Source of the DNA: Massalongia carnosa
Taxonomy: Eukaryota
Assembly: GCA_965645245.1 (NCBI GenBank)
Contig: OZ287078.1
Coordinates: 930,001-994,000 of the forward strand
Direction: 5' to 3'
Length of the DNA: 64,000 nucleotides
The notes below the pieces were generated by a model that saw nothing but the letters and a program-made list of their open reading frames with translations, was not told the origin of the DNA and did no database searches. Made by a program: the position numbers and the translations under genes. Shown here in pieces: positions 15,246 through 26,067 of the stretch; the stretch's first letter is position 1, and the number at the start of each line of letters is the position of its first letter.

Positions 15246-18200
15246 ATGGATAGCATACAAGCACACCCTAGCGGCGCACAATCACGTCCAAGGAATTCGG
15301 GCGGTAGAAGTATTAGCATAAGCGGCAATAGCCATCAATCTACCCGATTTTACCAGCAACGCTCAAATAGAAGCATGAGCAAGTCAGATAGTCCTACCTT
15401 TCTCCTTAATCAAGCTTCTGATGAAATAGTAGCGCTAGCTTTATATCAGATGTTGAGATGGCTCATGAGGAGGTTAGTCCATTCCACTGGCAAGTATAGT
15501 AGAACCCATGGTGTTAATTTTAACTTAGGTGTTTGCAGGACCAGTGTCAGAAAGCGTTCCCTCAAGCGTTACTAGTTTTGCCCACAGAAAATCCAGAGCG
15601 GACTCCTCTGCAAGCTTCACTTATTTCCAGCAAAATGATAACCTTCCTGAATGGCCTGATGATGAAGCCATTCAAGATGATAGCGACGAGGAGCTGAATC
15701 TGGGTGAGTTATCTGAGGACGAATTAGATGCACGCTCGTCATGGTCAAAGAGGCGCAGATCTTCTGCATACTCAGTTAGGTCTAGCCAACATCCTCTCCT
15801 GTATCACCATGGTTCAAGCAAGTCCAACGTAAGTATGGCTGGAAAAGAAGCTAGAATCTACCAAAAAATCTATGTTGTCACTGAAGATTTGACCTTTGTT
15901 GTTACGGGCTTTGGCACAAATCTGATCGGATTTCTTGTGTATGTTGCTTTCTGCACAATTACATTTGGACTGGGTTATTTAGTTCTTCGATGGTTACCTC
16001 GGTGGCGAGTTCGTTTGATAGGATCTCCCAAATCTTTACAAGACTGCGCGTGGGTTGTGACTGAGGTAAGATCTCTCCTTTGAAAGTAAAAATAGGATGC
16101 CACCTCTAACGGCGCTCAGAATCAATGGGGTGAATTTACAGTCCAAGAAATAATTAAATCTCGTTATGGGTACCCCGTTTCAACGGTTTTTGGATTAGCA
16201 GAGCAAGACCAGCCAAAAGACTTTGACGAGGATGACGATCCTGTGATGATGCAACTCCGTTTTCTGGATTACCGCTATATAAGATTTTGTTTCCATCCTT
16301 TAAAGGACAAGTTCATGCTTTGTAGCAATTGGAAAGACCCTGCTTGGACCGATGTACGGTCTATACGGGGTGGGCTGGACAGCGACGAGAGATTTCGGAG
16401 GGAACAAGTCTTTGGCCCTAACCAACTTGATATACAGCAAAAATCTATTCTACAGCTACTTATTGATGAGGTATCTCAACATCAAAATTTTACGGTAAAT
16501 ATCTTATATGAAACAGGCTTTTCATCCCTTCTACGTTTTCCAAATTGCAAGTCTTACACTTTGGACTTTCGATGAGTATTATTACTATGCTATCTGCATT
16601 TTCTTCATCTCGCTTGTCAGCATCACTACAACCTTACTGGAAACTAGATCAGTAAGAACCCGATCCTCAGCCACTTACCTAATGCTAATAGACAGACGAT
16701 GATACGACTTCGAGAGCTCTCGCGATTTGAATGTGAAGTGAGAGTTTTGCGCAATGGCTTTTGTCAGTAATAAACAGCACATCTCACCGACAACGTTAAC
16801 ACCTTACAGGGCGACAAGTGGCTAGCATTGAGCTCGTACCTGGAGACGTATACGAGATTTCTGATCCTTCATTGACCCAATTCCCAAGCGATAGTTTGTT
16901 ACTCGCTGGGGATTGCATTGTGAATGAAAGTATGCTGACAGGTAAGTCTATCCAATGGACTAAGGTAATAAAATATATGGGACTAACTTGGGTGCTCAGG
17001 CGAGTCTGTACCTGTGACAAAGATTCCAGCTACGAGCGAGTCCCTACAATATTTAGACTTAAATGCAAGTTCAATCAACCCTGAAGCTGCCAAATATTTC
17101 CTCTTCACTGGGACAAAGATTATCCGCGCAAGACGCCCCCAGGAGGGTCGTGATGATGAGGCTGTCGCGCTAGCAATTGTAGTTAGGACCGGCTTCAATA
17201 CCACAAAAGGGGCTTTGGTTCGTTCTATGCTTTTTCCAAGACCATCAGGTTTCAAGTTTTATAAAGATGCTTTTAGGTATATTTCAGTGATGGCAGGAGT
17301 AGCGGGACTTGGCTTTATTGCTTCATTTACGAATTTCGTTCGCCTTGGGGTGAGAACATTTCGCATTTCTTCCTCGTATATTGCTAAATCCTCCAGTTAG
17401 CGTGGCATGTGATCATCATCCGTGCTCTAGACCTAGTCACCATAATCGTGCCCCCGGCGTTGCCAGCGACATTGTCTATTGGAACGAATTTTGCGTTATC
17501 ACGCTTGAAGAAGAAGGAGATCTTCTGTATAAGTCCTCAAAGGCATGCTAATTATGATCTCAGCTTAATCATTGAATTAACGCTAACTATCACAGGGTCA
17601 ATATTGGAGGTAAAATAGATATCATGTGTTTTGATAAGACAGGCACTTTGACTGAGGATGGCCTCGATGTTTTGGGTGTGAGGGTTGTTCATAGACCAGC
17701 AATGCAGTAATATCAGGATCGAAAATATTTACACCCTTTACTAAAGACCCAATAGGTTTAGTGACATCCTCAACGATTCTTCCATTATGCTGCCTCTAGC
17801 TGTTTATGAGCGGGACCCTACGATCGATTATGAGATACACAAAGCCGTATTGTACACAATGGCGACCTGCCATTCACTCCATCAAGTTGATGGTGAGCTC
17901 TTGGGGGATCCTCTTGACGTTAAGATGTTTGAGTTCACACATTGGTCGTTTGAGGAAAGTGGCCGCATGATCAGTGCCGTTGAGGAAGAGGACATTGTCG
18001 ATACCCCATCTGCGGTAGCTAAGCCACCTGCAGGAATGGACTTTTGTTCTGACAGAAATGATGTCTCTAGAGGTGTGAGTTCAAATGAAACTGTTAAGTA
18101 CCTCATTGAGTTCGCTGATTGAATCTCTAGGTCTTACCAACGGAGCTGGGTATTTTGAGAAATTTTGAGTTCGTATCCCACTTACGCCGAGCTACTGTCA

Positions 18201-20313
18201 TTGTTCGTGCTTTTGGAGCTTCTGGCGGAGATGTCTATGTCAAAGGTGCGCCCGAATGTATGAAGGGAATATGCCGCTCTGAGAGTTGTGAGTGCTCGCT
18301 AGATCTCTAGCTCATCCCAAATAATTTTTTCAACTGACACACTTTTGACAGTTCCTGTGGACTATGACGAGCTTTTGGACTTCTACACCCATAGGGGCTT
18401 CCGAGTGATTGCTTGTGCAACTAAACACATCCACAGTCTGAGCAAAATGAAGGTACAGGCAATGAATCGCAGTGACGTAGAATCAAATCTTGATTTCGTG
18501 GGATTTATCATATTCGAAAACAAGTTGAAATTAGCTTCGACAGCAGTTATCACCGAGCTAAATGATGCAGGAATTCGGAAGGTAATGTGTACGGGAGACA
18601 ACATTCTCACAGCAATAAGCGTGTCTAGGGAATGCCATCTTATTGATCGGATGGCCCACTGTTTTGTCCCACACTTTTATCAAGGTATAGTCTTTATACC
18701 AAATTTATCTTATTACGCTTCTGCTGAACCATTCAATTTTTGCAAGGCGATGCTAGAGATCCTAATGCGCGACTCAAGTGGCAAAGTGTGGATAACTCAC
18801 TATTGGAGCTCGATGAAGATACACTTCTTGTATGAACCAACTGAAGTTATTATTTCAAAGCTTTTGCTGAACCTTTGTAGCCTTTGCCCCCACCTGCCGA
18901 AAGCGACGCTTCAATGCTTTATGAAGTATCTAGTCTTCGAAATTTCACTTTGGCAGTAAGTGGAGAGGTCTTCCGGTGGATTGTCGAATACGGGAGTGAG
19001 GACGTATTAAAACGTGTACGTTTATAGAAGCATCAGGGAAATTGCTACTAACCAAGCTCCCTAGATGCTTGCATGTGGTCAAATATTTGCCAGAATGTCT
19101 CCAGATGAGAAGCATGAGTTAGTAGAAAAGCTTCAGAGCATAGACTATTGTTGCGGTTTCTGTGGCGACGGCGCAAATGATTGTGGTGCTCTTAAGGCAG
19201 CTGACGTTGGAATCTCTCTATCGGAGGCTGAGGCGTCAGTTGCGGCCCCTTTCACCAGCCGAGTGTTTGATATTTCATGTGTGCCAGAAGTGATTCGGTA
19301 GGGCGTTTTACTCTATACTTCATCTAATACACTAAGCTGTCGTTTAGCGAAGGCCGAGCCGCTCTTGTCACAAGCTTTTGCTGCTTTAAATACATGAGCT
19401 TGTATTCTGCGATTCAGTTCACATCAGTTAGCTTTCTTTATGCATCTGCCTCCAACTTAGGGGACTTCCAGGTACGTGAACCATTCACCTAGAGCATTTA
19501 GATCTTCATCTTATTTCTGCTCAACAGTTTCTGTTCATAGACCTTTACTTGATTCTTCCAATCGCCATATTCAGTAAGTCGAAGCCCATGGAATGTTCTC
19601 CAACCACTGATACATACGTTACAGTGGGCTGGACCGGTCCATACCCCATCCTATGCCGTAAAAGGCCGACTGCCACTCTAGTCTCACGAAAGGTTCTTAC
19701 TCCGTTGATGGGGCAGATACTCATATGTGTCCTTATCCAGCTTCTTGGATTTGTGATCGTTCGGCGACAGCCATGGTATATTGTCATTCAGTCAAAGATC
19801 AGTGCGTGGTGGCTGATGTAGAACAAGGTTTCTTCCACCCTCATCAACCAACGAAATACTGAACATCGAGAACTCCGAAGACACAACATTGTTTCTAATC
19901 TCTTGCTTTCAGTATACATTCTCGGGAATTGTACTTAGCATTGGACCACCGTTCCGACAGCCTATGTCTAGCAATTGTAGGTTGAGTATACTGGCCAGTA
20001 AACTTCTAGAACTAAAAATGGAACAGTGCCATTCGTTGTAACTATTGTTGCAGCTCTCCTTTTCTCGCTGTACATGGTTCTCGATCCTGGAACTTGGCTA
20101 GTTAATATCATGCAGCTGACAGAGATCTCCCTCGATTTTAAATTTTTTGTTTTGATTTTGGCGCTTGGTGGATTTTTTGTTGCGTGGATTGGGGAGAAAC
20201 ATTTATTTATTTGGGTTGCCAGGCTGCTTGGGAAGGCACGTAGTGTGGTTTGGCCACAAAGCCGAAAAGTTCGCAAGCAGTACAAGATGATATTAGAAGA
20301 TATACGAATATAA
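15246..20313 (+). CDS. YPK9: P5B-type cation/polyamine-transporting ATPase (Ypk9/ATP13A family), multi-intron
   Basis: [18 protein letters not shown] (P5B signature), [24 protein letters not shown] and [12 protein letters not shown]. The start at 15246 is inferred through two short 5' introns and is less certain. Confidence 0.92.
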
Positions 20314-20568
20314 ACTGAGAATCGTACTATTGCTACACCTCCTAGCTGATACTGCTACATCCTCCTCCCTCTCCTTTCTGCTTCCTCAAGAGCGATAAAA
20401 TTTCAAGAAAACAATTAGAAAACCGAACTTATCAGACCACGTGGACAGAGATCAACGTTAGGTAAACCGGTTTAAAATGACTAATCGTCGGCTAGTCGCT
20501 CGCTTAATCCTCTCCCTCCAAGACGACAAAATAAGTGGCAGTCAGGTAATCTAGGTCGCGGCCATTTA

Positions 20569-20778
20569 CTGTCGCTTGCAAAAGGGTCTGCGCGGACCCT
20601 GAAATGGCCACGACACCTCAAAATTTAGCGAAAATAACGACCAACCAGCCAAACTTCCCTCACCGTCTATGTGATAACTATGCATTACTACCTGTTCTAG
20701 TACTGAAATTCGTAGCTGTAGAATATAGTCACTGCCATCCCCAGCTCCTCCGCCCTTGCCCGCTCTATTTTTCGTCAA
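20569..20778 (+). repeat. Left 210-bp TIR of the cargo-bearing Tc1-like element
   Basis: Reverse complement of 24910-25119. Subterminal hairpin AGGGTC-TGCGCG-GACCCT at 20583-20600. Confidence 0.95.
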
Positions 20779-20779
20779 G

Positions 20780-21819
20780 ATGCCTCGCCCCCTCAGTCCC
20801 GCCATGAGGGAGACAATTACCCTCAGATTTGTAAGAAATGACGATAACAAAAGAATAGCAGCTGTCACCGGAGTCAGTCTTCGGCAGGTGCAATTGATGA
20901 GGTCCAATTGGACGAATTTTGGAGACATCATCGCTCCACAAATAACTCTTGGTCATCGACCTAGAAAGTTGAGTCAGTATCATGAATTGCAACTGTTGGA
21001 ATTCCTGGAGCAACGCCCCCATGCCTACCTGGATGAAATGTGCTGGTTTGTCTGGGATGAATTTCAGATTTCCGTCGACGAATCCACTGTCAGTCGTGCC
21101 CTCAGACGACTTGGTTGGAATCGAAAGAAGGTGAGACGTCAGGCAGCTCAACGGAATCAAACTCTACGCGACGGTTGGATGCAACGACTAGGAGGTTGGA
21201 CTGCCGAGCAATTGGTCTTCCTAGACGAAAGTGCCGCGAGTGAAAGAACCGGTATTTATCTTCCTATCTTCTTCTCATCTTTCTTCTCATCTCATATATA
21301 GGTGATCGTCGATACGGCTGGGCACCGGCCGGTGTTCCTGCGACCATGGTTCAGGATTTGAGAAGGTCAAAGAGATGGAGCATTCTTCCTGCATTTACGG
21401 TCGATGGATATATAGCTTGGGAGGTGCATCAGGGCTCCATAACTGCATTGATCTTCAATGATTTTGTTCTAAATCACGTCCTTCCTCATTGCACTGCCGA
21501 CGGAGGTCCTAGATCTGTTTTAGTGTTAGATAATGCTCGAATTCATTGGAATGACGATCTCATTCAGATGTGTGAGGCTGCCAACGTCACCTTGGCAAGA
21601 CTACCTCCTTATTCTCCGGATTTCAATCCAATTGAGACGTCGTTTGCATTGCTGAAAGCATGGATTCGTCGAAATGGAGAGATGAGTCTCTCATATACAG
21701 AGGTGTATGGAGGGTTCGGACAATTTCTTCGGGATGCAGTCAAAGAAAGAAGTCGAATGGGAGACCCGGGAAATTTATTTAGAATGGCCGGTATTCAGTA
21801 TCCCACTATTCAGATCTAG
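20780..21819 (+). CDS. DD34E Tc1/IS630-like transposase, 329 aa, one intron (21252-21301)
   Basis: HTH region (AYLDEM..VSRALRRLGW), VFLDES, spliced TGDRRYGWAP, and VLDNARIH...LPPYSPDFNPIE with exactly 34 residues between D and E. No stops after splicing. Confidence 0.93.
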
Positions 21820-21870
21820 ATCTAGATTGCTGTCTGCAGACATCTTGTCTGTCTCATTTCGAAATCTAAT

Positions 21871-24800
21871 CTAATATTCTTCTTCGGCATAGTCGTATTC
21901 TAGATTATACGTATTTTCCAACTCATCCTCCTCAATGGCATCTTCCATTCTCGGATCAACCCTTTTTATCTCCCCTAGTGTCTCATCCACCTCTTCCTCA
22001 TCCACCTCTTCCTCATCCACCTCTTCCTCATCCACCTCTTCCTCATCCACCTCTTCCTCATCCACCTCTTCCTCATCCACCTCTTCCTCATCCACCTCTT
22101 CCTCATCCACCTCTTCCTCATCCACCTCTTCCTCATCCACCTCTTCCTCATCCACCTCTTCCTCATCCACCTCTTCCTCATCCACCTCTTCCTCATCCAC
22201 CTCTTCCTCATCCACCTCTTCCTCATCCACCTCTTCCTCATCCACCTCTTCCTCATCCACCTCTTCCTCATCCACCTCTTCCTCATCCACCTCTTCCTCA
22301 TCCACCTCTTCCTCATCCACCTCTTCCTCATCCACCTCTTCCTCATCCACCTCTTCCTCATCCACCTCTTCCTCATCCACCTCTTCCTCATCCACCTCTT
22401 CCTCATCCACCTCTTCCTCATCCACCTCTTCCTCATCCACCTCTTCCTCATCCACCTCTTCCTCATCCACCTCTTCCTCATCCACCTCTTCCTCATCCAC
22501 CTCTTCCTCATCCACCTCTTCCTCATCCACCTCTTCCTCATCCACCTCTTCCTCATCCACCTCTTCCTCATCCACCTCTTCCTCATCCACCTCTTCCTCA
22601 TCCACCTCTTCCTCATCCACCTCTTTTATGACCTGAGTATTGGCCTGAGTGGTCATTTGCGAAGTTGGCAGGTAACGTGGACGTCGAGACATTTGCCGAG
22701 ACGGGGGCGGAGGCATTCGCCGAGAGGAAGGCGGAGGCATTTGCATCTGCATCTGTCTTCCAAATTTGCTGACATCTCGTGCCAGCTGAATTCCGATACC
22801 GGGAGGAATACTCAGCTTCGACCAGAAGGACTGATGTATTGTAATAGAAGCTCTGCTGGCATAGTAAAAAGCTCACTTTTGAAACGATTGATCTTTCTAT
22901 CTACCTATCTAAGGACCGTGTTTATATAGATAGAAAAACATGCCGAAAACCGTTCTCCCTATGACTCACCTTCCTGCTTCCTAGAAATCTAAGATTGGTG
23001 ATTGACTCATATCCAATTTATGACTCGATGGGAATGTTCATAGAAGTTTTGCGGTGCTTCTCGAGGTCGTTATGTGTTGCCTAATGTTCTTACCAACGCA
23101 CTAATCCCAATGCGGTACCATGTGACTCTGAACACTTTACTAGGCATCAGCCGGGTGACTTTGCACATTACAACATGATGCTCAATACCCTTTAATGTCT
23201 GGATAGTCATTAAATCGTACCCACCTTCCATCAGTCGATCGTACGCATGCCTCAGTACGCCTTTCAGATGAGGTTTGGATTGGATATGCCAATTGACATA
23301 GTCTTCCAAATCTTCCTCCACTAGACTGCTCGGAGCGGCGGGAGGGGCGACGACGGAGGGGGCATAACTTCCTTGACGATCTCTTCGATCCACAGGCGTT
23401 TCGTCTCGATGACGTCCGAAGTCGGAAGCTTGAGAAGGAGAATAAGAAGGAAACTGGGACGAATGAAGCTGGGGAAGTGGTGAAGAAGGAATAAATGCCG
23501 AGGGGTTGGCAAATGCTGAGGGGTTGACAAACGTCGAGGGGGGGGCAAATGCCCAGGGGGGGAAGGATTGATACGCGGGATGCTGATAGATGGGATGCAA
23601 ATGTCTGGTCGAATCTTCCTGACTTTCCTGTTTCGGAGTCGATGATGCAGTCTTCCTTTTACCTTTTTGCGAATACATACTTTCCCTGATAGTCGATGGA
23701 GGCATCTGAGAAGTGACTCCCGAAACGTCATCATCCAATGCCTTATTCCAAGCCACGAACTGATGACTGCTGATAATGTAATGTTGATCTCTTTCTTCAT
23801 CGTTCCAACAGTATCGGCCGAAATTCTCACATGTCTTCTTCTTAAAGACATGCAGAGATTGTAGAGCCGTCATTCTTTCAACTGTCTGACCATGAAGAAT
23901 GGCCCTCTCCTCCAACTCCTTCTGCAATTTCAAGGTGGCCGTTCCCAACTTTTTGGAAACGGCAGCAGTCGGATCTTCTGGAATTTCACCGCTTTTGGTC
24001 CGAGCGAATTGATAGATTAGATCGATGGCCAAACTTTTTGCTCCATTCTCATATCGGAAAATCAAGACTTCTTCAATTGGAAGCCAAGACTCTTCCAACA
24101 TCAGAGACATACGTTCTTGATGTTTGATGCCATTCCATGCAACAGTGGCTTTGACATTTACTAGTCGACAAGCAAAAGTTTTGTCATCTGCATGACGTTG
24201 AGCCTTTAAACTCATCTCATTGAGATGAGGTCTGAAAAATAATCTCTTTTCGAATTCCGATTCCGAGTTAACTTTTCGAGTACTGGACATCTGATGAACG
24301 ACATCCTTTTCAAACAGCACCGTCACATTCAGCAGGTAGGTGATGACAATGGGCGAGTCTGACGAGGGCGTCTTCTTGGTCTTGGTACGTGGATTTGACT
24401 TTGGCTTTCTAGTAGTGGCATATTTGACAATCTTCTTTGCAGCAGAAACGAAAACATTCTCCTCAGCACTCTCGACTTCTTCCTCAACATTCCCCTCGGC
24501 AATCTCCTCGACATTCCCCTCGACACTTTCTACATCTACGTCATTCTCCGAGTCAATTGTATCATCTTCGTCATCCGGGACCATTAGGGATGCATAATAA
24601 TTCGAGCCGGGAGGCGGCCTGGGCTTGATAATGAGAGGGGGCTTTGCTTTGGGAGGCTTTGCTTTGGAAGACTTTGCTTGGGGGGGGGGCTTTGTCTTGG
24701 GAACGATCTTTTGCCTGCGAGATGCCTTCGGAGCTGAGGTTGGCGTCGATATGGGATCATCGTCGTCGACAGCATCTTTGCCCTTCGGCCCCGCCAAGGT

Positions 24801-24887
24801 CAGTTTTATCTTTGCCTTTACAGGCTCTGTCGAGGCATTTGGAGGCCCGGTATTCGCTCGTTTTGAGCGAGGACCTCTTAGTTTCAT
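21871..24887 (-). CDS. Transposon cargo gene of unknown function, ~890 aa reconstructed, interrupted by a solo LTR; C-terminal (EEEVD)n tail
   Basis: ATG at 24887 just inside the right TIR. Removing solo LTR 22837-23175 and one TSD fuses the 620-aa and 293-aa track ORFs in frame (..KGIEHQSFWSKLSIPPGIGIQLARDVSKF..): 2673 nt, 890 aa plus stop. Confidence 0.75.
21982..22625. repeat. Perfect 15-bp minisatellite (CTCATCCACCTCTTC), ~43 copies, encoding EEEVD on the minus strand
   Basis: 644 bp with no visible mismatch. Confidence 0.97.
22837..23175. mobile_element. Solo LTR (339 bp) inserted in the cargo gene
   Basis: 5-bp TSD TGATG at 22832-36 and 23176-80. Termini TATTGTAAT...ATTACAACA (inverted; TG changed to TA at one end). 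Internal TATA-like TATATAAA on the minus strand at ~22921-28. Confidence 0.85.
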
Positions 24888-24909
24888 GTCGAAGAATGTG
24901 GGGGAGAAT

Positions 24910-25119
24910 TTGACGAAAAATAGAGCGGGCAAGGGCGAAGGAGCTGGGGATGGCAGTGACTATATTCTACAGCTACGAATTTCAGTACTAGAGCAGGTGA
25001 CAATGCATAGTTATCACATAGACGGTGAGGGAAGTTTGGCCGGTTGGTCGTTATTTTCGCTAAATTTTGAGGTGTCGTGGCCATTTCAGGGTCCGCGCAG
25101 ACCCTTTTGCAAGCGACAG
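24910..25119 (-). repeat. Right 210-bp TIR of the cargo-bearing Tc1-like element
   Basis: Reverse complement of 20569-20778. Confidence 0.95.
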
Positions 25120-25232
25120 TAAATTACTATTACATTTACTATCACATTATTATGTTATTATCACAACATAAATCATTGCTATCTATATCTACAACGGATT
25201 CTGTATCCTTACAAACACGTATTAGTGATGCT

Positions 25233-25721
25233 TGTCACGGACAAGGTCCAGATAGGGAGATTTACAAGAGTTACTATTAGAAAGCTAGGTCTAGGGATAG
25301 TATACAAGACGTCCGACGAAGAGCTCCAAATACCTGAGAAACCACATAGGTTTTATAGCCATGGCTTCCAACCCCCCTATTCTTGACTTGCCCTCATCTC
25401 TGTTCCTGTTATAATTTCCTAACCATGATCGCTTTGACCTGTTCCGTCTTTCTCCATGCCGAAGCAATCTCTCTCTGCTGGGCAATCCCAGTCGTAGGCT
25501 TGGATAGTGGAGACGTTGAGATTGGATTCGGGATATAGGAGTTTGGGAGTGCACTAAAGGCAGCGGAAGAACGTCTGAACACATGGGGTGAGGTTTCAGG
25601 ATAGTTTGGAATAACGGGCCACGGTTCTATTCAATATGCAGGGCAGGTTTCACGGCAAGAGAGCCTGTTAAAATACTAACCCGATCAGGAAACGTGGGAG
25701 GTGCGACGTGATTCCATGCCA
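25233..25721 (-). mobile_element. Solo LTR (489 bp), diverged relative of the Gypsy LTRs at 29294 and 35513
   Basis: TGTCAC...CA termini; TSD ATGCT at 25228-32 and 25722-26. Shares blocks ACAAGACGTCCGA, GATAGTGGAGACGTTGAGATTGGAT and AAATACTAACCCGATCAGGA with the Gypsy LTR. Confidence 0.9.
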
Positions 25722-26067
25722 ATGCTAAAACACTCTTGTAGGAAAATCCTGACGAACGAACTGCATGCGCAGCTCAGATATTCAAAATTCGGCCTACAAC
25801 GTTGTACAGCTCTATTGCGACTGATAAGAAATCTTCTTTTTCTGATATGAAATCCTCCTCTAACAAGAAATCTTCTTCTAGTGCAAAAAGTGCAAGAGGT
25901 GGACAAAACAAGATACTTGAGGAGCATCAAGTAAAAGCGATTCATCACTTTATTCGATCCTTACTTGCACGTGGTATTCAATAATCGCACGGAGTTGTAT
26001 TCAATGCAATTGTCAGTTTAAAACGCGAGCACAATCCTGAGTCGAGTAGACCTACTCTACGCTATTA

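Larger units (their letters stand above)
20569..25119 (+). mobile_element. Tc1/IS630-superfamily DNA transposon, 4551 bp, with 210-bp TIRs and a convergent cargo gene
   Basis: TA TSD at 20567-68 and 25120-21; empty site would read ATTTAAAT. TIRs 20569-20778 and 24910-25119 differ at about 6 positions. Contains an intact DD34E transposase. Confidence 0.93.

Noticed and set aside
20566..20931. Duplicated small ORFs at both ends of the element (also 24625-25122 and 24884-25084)
   Set aside because: Incidental translations of the TIRs.
21982..22625. CRISPR-like or telomeric array
   Set aside because: No spacers, eukaryotic context, and the unit is not a telomere motif; it is a coding minisatellite.
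21935..22636. ORFs of (STSSS)n, (HPPLP)n and (MRKRW)n
   Set aside because: Shadow frames of a stop-free 15-bp repeat; only the EEEVD frame continues into unique coding sequence on both sides.
22921..23027. TATA box and TGACTC cluster as a native promoter for a separate EEEVD gene
   Set aside because: They lie inside the inserted solo LTR (22837-23175), so they are LTR-derived.
23070..23175. C-terminus VMCKVTRL..GNT* of the 620-aa track ORF
   Set aside because: Read-through into the solo LTR, not the real protein end.
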